64,000 nucleotides of DNA from Nitrospirota bacterium. GTDB lineage: Bacteria > Nitrospirota > Thermodesulfovibrionia > Thermodesulfovibrionales > Dissulfurispiraceae. The notes beneath the pieces were generated by a model. That model had not been told where the DNA came from. It saw only the letters and a list, made by a program, of their open reading frames with translations, and ran no database searches. A program made the translations under genes and the position numbers. Below are positions 32,034 to 41,320 of this stretch, in pieces (position 1 is the first letter of the stretch; every line of letters starts with the position of its first letter). Where the stretch lies: positions 832,001 through 896,000 of the forward strand of contig CAVPZX010000002.1 of assembly GCA_963710375.1 (NCBI GenBank), given 5' to 3'.

Positions 32034-32071
32034 CTTAACGTGCTTTAAATCTCGAACTCTCCGGTGACCCT
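32034..32071. repeat. relic internal Tn3-type 38-bp IR
   Basis: CTTAACGT...GGTGACCCT, same orientation as the right IR. Confidence 0.6.
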
Positions 32072-32308
32072 AATACAAACATACCAGCTCGGATGTTTTC
32101 GTCAAAAAAACATAGCAAAATGAATTTGTATATATTTAATATTGTTTTTTGTGTCAAAGACGTCCCCATGTGTTTATTAAGCCTCAAAGCGGGCCACATT
32201 TTTGTATGGATTTTTGTCCGGATTTTTGTTGACAAAGCCTGGATGGTATTGTGTAGACTTGTTTAGTATGCTTTTTAAGAAGGCATTTAAGAGAAGGGAG
32301 AACAAACA

Positions 32309-33253
32309 ATGGGCAGGAAAGTTTTTTCCATAGTCTTTTTTTGCTTAGTGATATTCTTTACGTCATCTCTGGCATATGCAGCAATCTATGTGGCAAATAA
32401 CAGCAGCAACACCGTTACGGTATATCCGATCGGCTCCTCAACTTCGACAGCCTCATACACCATCTCCGGCCTGAATGGTCCTGCTGGGGTAGCAGTGGAT
32501 GCGAGCCATATTTATGTTGCGAATTCGGGCAGCAACACCGTTACGGTATATCCGATCGGCTCCTCAACTTCGACAGCCTCATACACCATCTCCGGCCTGA
32601 ATGGTCCTTATGGGGTAGCAGTGGATGCGAGCTATATTTATGTTGCGAATTCGGGCAGCAACACCGTTACGGTATATCCGATCGGCTCCTCAACTTCGAC
32701 AGCCTCATACACCATCTCCGGCCTGAATACTGCTTATGGGGTAGCAGTGGATGCGAGCCATATTTATGTTGCGAATGCGGGCAGCAACACCGTTACGGTA
32801 TATCCGATCGGCTCCTCAACTTCGACAGCCTCATACACCATCTCCGGCCTGAATATTCCTTATGGGGTAGCAGTGGATGCGAGCCATATTTATGTTGCGA
32901 ATGCGGGCAGCAACACCGTTACGGTATATCCGATCGGCTCCTCAACTTCGACAGCCTCATACACCATCTCCGGCCTGAATACTGCTCATGGGGTAGCAGT
33001 GGATGCGAGCTATATTTATGTTGCGAATTATAACGGCAACACCGTTACGGTATATCCGATCGGCTCCTCAACTTCGACAGCCTCATACACCATCTCCGGC
33101 CTGAATAATCCTGCTTTTGTTGCACTGGATCCCACCCCCCCATCAACCTCAGTCCCGACCATGACCGAATGGGGCATGATAACCTTTGCAGTGCTTGCCG
33201 GGCTTATGTCTGTCTATTACCTGAGAAGGCAGCAGGGGCTTGCCGCAAAATAG
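32309..33253 (+). CDS. secreted six-bladed NHL-like beta-propeller with IPTL-CTERM sorting signal
   Basis: Signal peptide, six 42-aa repeats, VPTMTEWG plus TM helix plus RR. Confidence 0.88.
   Translation: MGRKVFSIVFFCLVIFFTSSLAYAAIYVANNSSNTVTVYPIGSSTSTASYTISGLNGPAGVAVDASHIYVANSGSNTVTVYPIGSSTSTASYTISGLNGPYGVAVDASYIYVANSGSNTVTVYPIGSSTSTASYTISGLNTAYGVAVDASHIYVANAGSNTVTVYPIGSSTSTASYTISGLNIPYGVAVDASHIYVANAGSNTVTVYPIGSSTSTASYTISGLNTAHGVAVDASYIYVANYNGNTVTVYPIGSSTSTASYTISGLNNPAFVALDPTPPSTSVPTMTEWGMITFAVLAGLMSVYYLRRQQGLAAK
32383..33130 (+). repeat. intragenic tandem repeat, 6 x 126 bp
   Basis: Equivalent unit positions at 32405, 32531, 32657, 32783, 32909 and 33035. Confidence 0.95.
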
Positions 33254-33266
33254 AGTCTGTCCATAA

Positions 33267-33782
33267 ATGACTAATACAAGCGGAATAAGCATAGGCAGAT
33301 TCATTCTCACTTATCTGTGTTTGCTGGCAGTGTTTATGTTTATAGCAGCGTACAGCCCCTTGCATCGCTTCATCGAAATAAACGATTCTTACTCGGGTTT
33401 CATTGTCTACCTTGTATCAGGAGTGATGGAAAGAACAGGAATCTCCTCCACATTCCAGGGAGGGATCATAAACCTACCTAACATATCCCTTGACGTCAAA
33501 TACGGATGCAACGGTCTTGAAGCTGTTATGCTCTATTCCGCTGCTGTTATCGCCTTCCCTGCGCCCTGGAAGAAGAAAGCGGCAGGCGTTGCCGCAGGAT
33601 TGCTGTTCATACAGATTTTCAATGTCCTGAGAATCGCAGGGCTTGCCTATGCCGGAGTCCACTTCAAAAAATACTTTGACGTCCTTCACATATATGTTGC
33701 ACAGGGCATGACAATAGTCGTTTCTCTCGTAATATTCATCACATATCTGCATTATGTTGGAAAGTCCGGCAAAAGTGTTTAA
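33267..33782 (+). CDS. xrtH: exosortase H family protein
   Basis: GCNG (catalytic Cys), NVLR (Arg), LHIYVAQ (His); follows an IPTL-CTERM target. Confidence 0.8.
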   Translation: MTNTSGISIGRFILTYLCLLAVFMFIAAYSPLHRFIEINDSYSGFIVYLVSGVMERTGISSTFQGGIINLPNISLDVKYGCNGLEAVMLYSAAVIAFPAPWKKKAAGVAAGLLFIQIFNVLRIAGLAYAGVHFKKYFDVLHIYVAQGMTIVVSLVIFITYLHYVGKSGKSV

Positions 33783-34329
33783 TAGCCGCCAACTCCTGAA
33801 AGCCTCACTGATATTTGTCATTTCATATTTTATCTTTCTGGTGCTCTGGGTGAGGATAAACGACAGGTATTGCTTGGAGATAACGAAAATTACAACCTTT
33901 TTAACAACAAAAATCGAAAGGGTTGACTTAATAAATATAGAAATGAAATCCAACGTTATAGAGGCAGTGTTGAGGCCGCAAAGACCCGGAGCTTCTAACC
34001 TTTTATACAACTATCACCTTCCGGGGCCTGTCAGTTTTACCGTTCCGGTCACACTCGCCATAATAGCAGCTTTCTGGCCCTTTATGAAAAGGAAGCTGGT
34101 CTGCGTTGGAGCAATAGTGATATTAGTGATAGCAAACACACTTGTCATATTTTGCCACGAAGCCGACCAGGTTTCGTTCGGGATGATGCATCTCGGATAT
34201 TCTCCCATGAGCAGTTTCAAGGATTACTTCGGGGGTATTTTATCGGTAGACATGACCTATATGGGAACATATTTAACGCCTTTTCTGATAGGGGTGGTCC
34301 TTTACCTGAATCAAAAAACGAAAGCTTAG
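33754..34329 (+). CDS. exosortase-associated membrane protein
   Basis: Multi-TM ORF overlapping the xrtH end. Confidence 0.6.
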   Translation: MLESPAKVFNSRQLLKASLIFVISYFIFLVLWVRINDRYCLEITKITTFLTTKIERVDLINIEMKSNVIEAVLRPQRPGASNLLYNYHLPGPVSFTVPVTLAIIAAFWPFMKRKLVCVGAIVILVIANTLVIFCHEADQVSFGMMHLGYSPMSSFKDYFGGILSVDMTYMGTYLTPFLIGVVLYLNQKTKA

Positions 34330-34362
34330 CGTACTTTAGATTCCGAATTCTGCGGTGATCCC
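34325..34362. repeat. second relic Tn3-type 38-bp IR
   Basis: CTTAGCGT...GGTGATCCC, 18 bp inside the true right IR. Confidence 0.6.
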
Positions 34363-34673
34363 TATAGAAGTAACTTCGGGCTTAACGTACGATTTTGTAC
34401 ATTTCGTGAGGTGACCCCTATAAGTACAACGCTAACAAACACAGACCCTAAAAGATTATTCCAGCTCAGACCTTCCAAGTATTCCGGTAAACAAACCAAA
34501 GAATTCCAATAACAGCGACCAGTAGTCAGAAGTAATACTAAAAGCGGAACATTTATTTGTATTCGAACGATCCGCTTTTTCTTTTTTTACTAATATTTGT
34601 GACAACGTGGCGGTGCTATCAAAGTAACCATTCGGCGAATAAGATAGTTCTGTTTTAACTAAGGAGGTTTAAA

Positions 34674-35162
34674 ATGCAAGAGGTAATAGTTAGGTCAAAT
34701 TCCAAGACTGGTAGCGTCAGAAAAGATTTGCTCATTAATAATAAAATAGCGTCCTATCCTGCGCTTCCTCTACCTATTTCACTTAAATATGAGATATTGG
34801 ACGTGAAAAAGGGAGGACGATGCGTACGGTATGGGGTAGTGGATTCGCAGTTTGCCTATCACAAACTAGTCAGGGAATATGGTGACCGGAAGAACTGGGA
34901 TATTTACCTGATGCTTGTGGACAATGCTGATGGGAAGATCATTGACGGGATGATTGTTCACAATCCGGATTGTTCTGACCTGCCGGGCTACGGTTTGGCG
35001 GCGCACGATTTTAGGTATCGTAAGCAGCAACGCGCTGAGACAGGGAGAGATCACCTGAAAGTTGTCGTGTTTTTTGATATGAAGTTAGTCGGTGGCACTG
35101 GTGTGGAAAGAATTGCCCTTGACAGCTCGGACACCTATTATACAGACTCTTGGCAGGCGTGA
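34674..35162 (+). CDS. hypothetical protein
   Basis: Strong RBS AAGGAGG; 162 aa. Confidence 0.7.
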   Translation: MQEVIVRSNSKTGSVRKDLLINNKIASYPALPLPISLKYEILDVKKGGRCVRYGVVDSQFAYHKLVREYGDRKNWDIYLMLVDNADGKIIDGMIVHNPDCSDLPGYGLAAHDFRYRKQQRAETGRDHLKVVVFFDMKLVGGTGVERIALDSSDTYYTDSWQA

Positions 35163-35262
35163 CAGAGATAGAGGGCGTTGGGACACGTTTCAAATGATCA
35201 TGGTCAACCAATCGAGTGGCGGAAAGGTTATCGACAAGATTGATATGAGGTAACAAGCTTGT

Positions 35263-35299
35263 GTCAGGAATAGCGGCGTAAAGCCGCCATTCCTGATTT
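35263..35299 (+). terminator. hairpin, putative terminator
   Basis: TCAGGAATAGCGGC-GTAAA-GCCGCCATTCCTGA then TTT. Confidence 0.5.
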
Positions 35300-35358
35300 G
35301 CAGTAGCACTCAGTAAGGATATGAAACTTCAGTCATAGAATTGGTATTATACAATCCT

Positions 35359-38300
35359 ATGACTTTCAGGCAACTATTGAATGATGAGGAAGATATTAAG
35401 AAACGTATTTCCGACGAGGGAGATCGCGTTTCCTTGTTCAAACGCAGGCTTTCTGTTCTTGAACCCTCTTTAAAATCGAAACAGACCATATTGGATAGTT
35501 ATGCTGAATCAAAGAACACACTAGATGATTTTTCAGACGATGAGCTGAACGACCTTCTCTTGAAATCTCAGAGTGCTCTCAAGAAAGTGGATGAGGCTCT
35601 TGACAACCTTTTTTGGCGCATTTTATCAGCACTGAAGGTATACGACAGGTCTGACAGCATTATCAGTTCCTACGTGAAAGATAACAGAGAATCCTTGTTG
35701 ATGCTTTTCACGCATGACTATTTACAATCGTTAAAGCGGATCGATTTGGTTACTATCCCAGAAAAACTCAGTGAGATTTCATCGTCGAGGAGTGAATATC
35801 ATAAGGAGCTTTCATTAATAAAAAATGAATATGAGAAGGCGTATGAACACTATTGCGGATTGTATGACCAATACTTGCATCTGATGGACCTTGCGAGGGG
35901 CACCCAGGCAAAATTGCTGGATATTTCGAGCAAAATAGACAACGAATGTATTGTCGGAGAAAAGCCCTTTGATGTTTCGGAAGATAATAAGGAAACCTTT
36001 AAGGCAGAACTTATGGAAAAAATCCCGGAAACTAAAGAATTTACGGATGATCAATGGCAGTTTATTCTGTCAACAAATCGGAATACGTATGTCGTGGCTG
36101 GCGCAGGTTCCGGAAAGAGTACCACATTGATCTATCGAGTCATTTTTCTGCACAAGTACGCTCCAGGGTTCAAAATAGATAAAACGTGCACGATATTTAC
36201 GTTTACAAAGAAGACGCGGGTCGAGCTTATTGAGAAATTACAAAAAGCATTAAGTAAACTTAAGATAGATAAGATAGACTGCTCGGAGGAATTCTTAGCG
36301 AATGTAGTACATACATTTCACTCAAAAGCATGGCAGGTGGCCAGTGCTGCTGCCAATCAAACGGATTTAGAATTTTTTGAATTTCAGGGGAAGGAAACCT
36401 TTTATTTTTCTAAAGTCGAGTTTGGAAAACAAGCAAAATCTATTGAGAAATTATGCTCCGCAATTACGAATGATGGCTATGTTACGATACCTCTATCAGC
36501 TGCTAAATTTACTGTAAATTGGCTCAACGAATTCCTCAGACGAATTGATCTGTGTAAGACAATAACCACAGTTTTCCCATCTATTGCTTTCGCCGGGGAG
36601 ACAAAAAAGCTGAAGGGAAGGACCAGTGTAAACAGGAATAGGCCATTTGATGAATTAAGGGTAAAAGAGCAGCAGGAAATAATCAAACTAAACAGGCTAC
36701 TAATAGAACAGCTTTATCCTGATGAAACTCCGAAGCTGCCGGATATTAAAGAGGCACCCACCGACGATGCTATCTCGCCCCAAATGACCGAGGAACAGGC
36801 TTATCTATTGAACAAAGCATATGCGTATGCATGGAACTATTCAAAAAAGTTCCATGATGCAGTATGTGACTTATACGAAAAGACTCGTATGTTGGCCCCC
36901 GTAATTAACCCAGGGGAATGGAAAGATAGTGAATATAGCGCTCATTATTATGCTCAAAAAGAAGATGAGGAATTGATTGATGATTGTCTCCTATTAGCGA
37001 GAAGGTATGTTAATAGTGAGGATATAACGGAAAGAGAACAAAGAAAAAGTTGTAAATTCACATATAGGATTGAAAAGTATCCTCCTTATACCCTCTATGC
37101 GCATCATTGTGTGAAAACGGAAATCAATGGTGAGTCTATTATGTATTTAGTACACTACCTTCCATATGAGGAGGCTGATGGTGACCTGAGGGGGCAAATC
37201 ACTAGAAAAAAGAGAATCATTGTCACTCATGATGCAATAAATAATCATATCTTCATAGAAAACGAAGATGATTATAAACGATGGAAAAAATACGGACAAC
37301 CCTTCCGAAGAGGTACTGACGGAATTAAAGAGGAACCTCTTTATTTCAAATGTGAGTTGCCGGGCTATATAAAACCGGAAGAAATTGTTGACGCTCTATA
37401 TACGGAAGGCTCCTTTATGGAATATCTTGGGCTCGATGTGGTCAAAGACTGCAGCAGAATCCTGATGTCAAACAAGCTGGACAAAACTAGTGTTGTGTTT
37501 TTTAGGGTTTTAAGAATGTTTTGGCCGATGTTTGAGCAATACCTTAATCGGCGAGGGATTAAGCGTTTCCATGAAGTGTTCACAAATTATTTTTTTGAGA
37601 ATGCAAAAAAACATGTGAGAAGGATGCAGGACGTTATGATAGATGAGTTTCAGGATATAAATCCGGAGATAGCACGCTGGATAAAGAAAATATTGCTTTA
37701 TCTTAAGAATGAATACTCGTGCGCTGTCACCTGTGTTGGTGACGATTATCAATCCATTTACGGCTGGCGGGGGTCGGCGCCAGTCTATTTTCTTAATTAT
37801 GAGGATAATTTCCCCTCACGAAATATAATAGATCCGCCCGTAAAAATGGTACATAATTTCCGATCGCTTCAAAGCATAATTGATGCCGGACAAACAGTGC
37901 TGGAAGGGATCAATAAGAGTATCCCCAAAAAATGCAAACAAGGCAGAAAAGATATAATGCCTCTCGATGATAAACAAGTGGAAATTGTTGAAATTGCAGA
38001 TGATAATGATATAGATAATGTTATAGCTGAGCAATTGCACAAATACCAAAGGAAATGCAAGAAGGTATTTATTATGTCTCGGACGAATAATCCTTTAAAA
38101 AATTATAGACCACATAAGAACATAATATATCAGACATATCATAAATCAAAGGGACTTGAAGCGGATCTATGCATCCTTCTAAATGATTGCGCCTTTTATG
38201 ATCCTTACCCTATTCGCAATGCGATATACGAATTAGCATGGGAAGGACAACACGACTATAATCTTACTTATGATCAGGCACAAGAAGACGAAACGAAAAG

Positions 38301-38421
38301 ATTGGCGTACGTGGCTATAACGCGGAGCATGAGAAAGGTAATAATTTTCAACTATAAAAATGATGACACGGTTGGAGCCTTTGCTCCTCTTAAAAAAGGT
38401 CTTAGTGCACCCATATGTTGA
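35359..38421 (+). CDS. UvrD/helicase IV-like SF1 helicase
   Basis: AGAGSGKST, TFHS, IDEFQD, VGDDYQSIYGWRG, NFRS, HKSKGLE, YVAITRS. Confidence 0.88.
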   Translation: MTFRQLLNDEEDIKKRISDEGDRVSLFKRRLSVLEPSLKSKQTILDSYAESKNTLDDFSDDELNDLLLKSQSALKKVDEALDNLFWRILSALKVYDRSDSIISSYVKDNRESLLMLFTHDYLQSLKRIDLVTIPEKLSEISSSRSEYHKELSLIKNEYEKAYEHYCGLYDQYLHLMDLARGTQAKLLDISSKIDNECIVGEKPFDVSEDNKETFKAELMEKIPETKEFTDDQWQFILSTNRNTYVVAGAGSGKSTTLIYRVIFLHKYAPGFKIDKTCTIFTFTKKTRVELIEKLQKALSKLKIDKIDCSEEFLANVVHTFHSKAWQVASAAANQTDLEFFEFQGKETFYFSKVEFGKQAKSIEKLCSAITNDGYVTIPLSAAKFTVNWLNEFLRRIDLCKTITTVFPSIAFAGETKKLKGRTSVNRNRPFDELRVKEQQEIIKLNRLLIEQLYPDETPKLPDIKEAPTDDAISPQMTEEQAYLLNKAYAYAWNYSKKFHDAVCDLYEKTRMLAPVINPGEWKDSEYSAHYYAQKEDEELIDDCLLLARRYVNSEDITEREQRKSCKFTYRIEKYPPYTLYAHHCVKTEINGESIMYLVHYLPYEEADGDLRGQITRKKRIIVTHDAINNHIFIENEDDYKRWKKYGQPFRRGTDGIKEEPLYFKCELPGYIKPEEIVDALYTEGSFMEYLGLDVVKDCSRILMSNKLDKTSVVFFRVLRMFWPMFEQYLNRRGIKRFHEVFTNYFFENAKKHVRRMQDVMIDEFQDINPEIARWIKKILLYLKNEYSCAVTCVGDDYQSIYGWRGSAPVYFLNYEDNFPSRNIIDPPVKMVHNFRSLQSIIDAGQTVLEGINKSIPKKCKQGRKDIMPLDDKQVEIVEIADDNDIDNVIAEQLHKYQRKCKKVFIMSRTNNPLKNYRPHKNIIYQTYHKSKGLEADLCILLNDCAFYDPYPIRNAIYELAWEGQHDYNLTYDQAQEDETKRLAYVAITRSMRKVIIFNYKNDDTVGAFAPLKKGLSAPIC

Positions 38422-38433
38422 TGTCTGTACGGT

Positions 38434-38566
38434 GAGTCAAACTATGCTTCTCTCTATGCACGGTGTGTCAAGCTATCGTTCCAGTCGTGATGTAATTTAG
38501 CCATTCTTTACCTAAAAAGTGTCAAACTATGCTTCCTTAAGATGTCAAACTATCCTTCACGGCACA
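38434..38566. repeat. distal transposon end with 4 co-oriented putative TnsB sites
   Basis: GTCAAACTATGCTTC-type sites at 38434, 38465, 38519 and 38542; terminal CACA. Confidence 0.82.
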
Positions 38567-38570
38567 CTGT

Positions 38571-38690
38571 TGTGTCGCGGAAGCATAAATTGTCGCAAAC
38601 GACAAGATATGGTTCTTTTACACGGTGCGACAAATTATGGTTATAAGCAGTTTCTAAAATAATCTGTCGTAGATGCAGCCGTTGTCATTC
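38571..38690. mobile_element. tRNA-proximal-type end of a second Tn7-like element (other end not found)
   Basis: TGTGTCGCGGAAGCATAAATTGTCGC...TATGGTTCTTTT...GCGACAAATTATGGTT, colinear with 8449-8560. Confidence 0.75.
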
Positions 38691-38859
38691 CCGATTCTTC
38701 CTGAAAATATTCATTCAAGTAAATAGGTCCTTGGTATATCGTATGTTCCATAGTCATTTTCTTCAAAGAAAAAGTAAATTGACATTTTAGATATATATTC
38801 CTTTTCAGGTAGGTTTATAATATAGTCGAAAAATTCAATATATATATTTAAAAAAGCGT

Positions 38860-39847
38860 ATGCGTAAAATATCTGATAAATTACGGCAATTTCACAAAAA
38901 ACAACAAGAACGCGTCAGGCGCAACCAGCAGCGCAAGGCTAATATAAACCGGCATGTAAAGAGGAAAAAAAATTCGTATAGACAGAAGCACAAGGATTAC
39001 TTTTATCGTGCGGATTTTCTTCATAGCTTTTACCAAAGAATCTACAATAGGCCGCCACTCACAGTAGCAATTCCTGGTGATTTTGGTATCGAAGAAGATA
39101 GCATTATTGACAATTTTTTAGACAAAGCAAGTGAAATAATCGATTTTAGAAGCAATCACCTGACAATTGATTTAAAAGATTGCACGCGTATGTGGCCCAG
39201 TGCTGTAACAATGCTATGCTCATTAATGCATTGGGTTGAACTATCAACAACAAGGTCACAAAGAAGACCACTTATTTCTTCGACTACGGCAAAAAGTGAT
39301 CAAGTGAATTCATATCTTAGATACTGTGGCTTCTATGATTATGTTAACCGACCTTCAGATGATGTTAAGCATGATTATTATTCCGATACGGAGATCGTAA
39401 AAATCCATAAAGAAACAAAGACATCTAATATCGAAACACGTGAAATTGATATTATTAATTTATTAACTAATTTTAGCTTATTTAACGCAGAGCAAATTGA
39501 GCTTTTTGATTGTAAGGTCCTTACAGAGGCGTTTAATAACGTAACGGAACACGGTGTGTCTCTTCGTGATAAAGGCTGGTGGTTGTTGGCGCAGTATCAC
39601 AAGACTCACCATGCTATCTCGCTATGCATTGCTGATAACGGCATAGGGATAAGAAACTCCCTTATGACCGGCCCTCAAGCAAACGACATAGGGAAAAAAC
39701 TTGAAAATATACACGAGAATGATGGAAAATTTATAAAAATGGCAATGGAAGAACGGGTTTCGGGTGCAATGTATGCTCCACAGAAGACAGTCGGATTGGG
39801 TATTCCAATGGTTTCCCCAAAGAAATATGAAAGTGGTTCACATAGAG
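38860..39847 (+). pseudogene. STAS-like/HATPase_c ATP-binding protein truncated by an IS
   Basis: TEAFNNVTEHG N-box, IADNGIGI G1-box; cut just before the G2 box at the IS end. Confidence 0.65.
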
Positions 39848-39877
39848 TGTGCACGCCATGAGTTTATGATACCGAAA

Positions 39878-40906
39878 TCAGAAAAAACTGGGTAACACTT
39901 TTCCGTTCACGGCAATGGTTATAAAGCCTTTCATATTCAGCCAGGACTCGACGGCGATGCGCCAGGCCGCTTGCGGCTGAACCCCCTCACTGCATAATAT
40001 ATCATTTTGCAAGTTTGTTATCCAGGCATAGGCATCCCTCCTTTCCCATTTGGAAAACGTTCTCTTTCCTGTGAAGTACACCTGGCATGCATTCTTACCG
40101 CTCAAGCATGGACGAGGCCGGTGATTAAGATCATGCTCGACATTAGAGGCATACGCTTCCAGGTGTGCACTCGGACAAGATGGTTTATAAGCGAGCTTCG
40201 AAGCAAGCCCGTTTTTCAGCTCGGTTTGCGCTTCTTCGATAGCGCCATTGTAAGGCGGATAATGAACCGGACTGTTCACCGGCATGACGAAGTAATCGGT
40301 AAGCACGTCATTGACCGCTGTATGATTCAGGTTGCCGCCATTGTCCCGCTTGAGAAACAGTGGCGCGCCGAAACGGTTGAAGGTTGCAGTAAGATAGCCG
40401 GATATTTCTTCGCCACAGGGGAAGTCTCCTGTCATGGGATTGAACTTATAGCGGGAAGCCAGGTCCTGCATCTGGTTAAGGTATATCTTTGATCTGGATT
40501 CGTCACGCTGTCCGTATTCGCAGGGGTCCATAGACCACGCAACATTCGGCACGTTCCAGTGGATACGCCTCAGATTCTGGCGGTGCAACGTATTGAGATC
40601 ATGCCGAGCCATTGTTATCATTCTTTGCAGCTCCCTTCTTGAAACGCCTGATGCGTAACGGGCATATAATTCCCCCGTGCCCTGTGTGCGATTATAACCA
40701 TGAGACAACTGAGCAATATCCTGCTTCAGCTTGCCCAGATCCGGCGGCCTGACCTTGGGAGGACCCGGCTGCCGAACGACAGGCGTATCTTTTTTATGCC
40801 GCATGTGCCACCGGATGAAACTCGGGTAGGGCAGCCTGACTGCACTGCAGATCGCCCGGTAAGGCATGCCGGTCCTCTCCCTGATCTTGTCAATAATTGT
40901 AAGCAT
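39878..40906 (-). CDS. integrase-core (rve) DDE protein
   Basis: WSMD, KRDNG, NGAIEE, LNHRPR. Confidence 0.8.
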   Translation of the reverse strand: MLTIIDKIRERTGMPYRAICSAVRLPYPSFIRWHMRHKKDTPVVRQPGPPKVRPPDLGKLKQDIAQLSHGYNRTQGTGELYARYASGVSRRELQRMITMARHDLNTLHRQNLRRIHWNVPNVAWSMDPCEYGQRDESRSKIYLNQMQDLASRYKFNPMTGDFPCGEEISGYLTATFNRFGAPLFLKRDNGGNLNHTAVNDVLTDYFVMPVNSPVHYPPYNGAIEEAQTELKNGLASKLAYKPSCPSAHLEAYASNVEHDLNHRPRPCLSGKNACQVYFTGKRTFSKWERRDAYAWITNLQNDILCSEGVQPQAAWRIAVESWLNMKGFITIAVNGKVLPSFF

Positions 40907-40911
40907 ACGAG

Positions 40912-41301
40912 TTATCGTTTCTTCCTTTGCTTCCGTTTTTTTTGACCAGAAGCGCCGGCGCTTTTTTTGGCACCGGCGTTCTGCAACTCATAGGCGTGCA
41001 GCATGTCCCGCACTTCTACCGTCTTCTCAGCGACAAACAGCTTTTTCTGAAGTTCGATAACCCGTTGCTGTAATCGCAGCTTCTCTTCATCCTCTGGTGT
41101 GGTCGGTCTTCCGGATGCTCTTTCTTCCATGGCCTCCGTCATCGCCTGTAGCGCCCGGCGTTCCCACTCGTAATAAGTCTTGCGGGAAACGCCCAACCTG
41201 CGTGCGCCCTCCTGGACGGTTATCTGACCGCTGCGCACCGCAAACACCACCGTAGCTCTCCGACGGGCTTGCTCCATTTCCTTTGAGTCGCTCATATGCA
41301 C
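40912..41301 (-). CDS. HTH protein (OrfA-like)
   Basis: TVQEGARRLGVSRKTYYEW followed by a coiled coil. Confidence 0.75.
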   Translation of the reverse strand: MHMSDSKEMEQARRRATVVFAVRSGQITVQEGARRLGVSRKTYYEWERRALQAMTEAMEERASGRPTTPEDEEKLRLQQRVIELQKKLFVAEKTVEVRDMLHAYELQNAGAKKSAGASGQKKRKQRKKR

Positions 41302-41320
41302 GCTCCGTTTGTGCTATGGA

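Larger units (their letters stand above)
27692..34418 (-). mobile_element. Tn3-family transposon, 6727 bp
   Basis: Perfect 38-bp IRs GGGGTCACCTCACGAAATGTACAAAATCGTACGTTAAG at 27692-27729 and 34381-34418; TATAA on both flanks. Confidence 0.96.
8449..38566 (-). mobile_element. Tn7-like transposon (TnsAB fusion, TnsC, TniQ/TnsD), 30.1 kb, downstream of tRNA-Asn
   Basis: Ends TGTGTCGCG... and ...CACGGCACA; CTGTT at 8444-8448 and 38567-38571; repeated 17-bp sites at both ends; tns genes inside. Confidence 0.88.

Noticed and set aside
32383..33130. CRISPR array
   Set aside because: Units are contiguous in-frame 126-bp coding repeats with no unique spacers.
8449..38566. CRISPR-associated transposon (CAST)
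   Set aside because: No cas5/6/7/8/10/12k-like ORF and no repeat-spacer array seen; targeting is explained by TniQ/TnsD.
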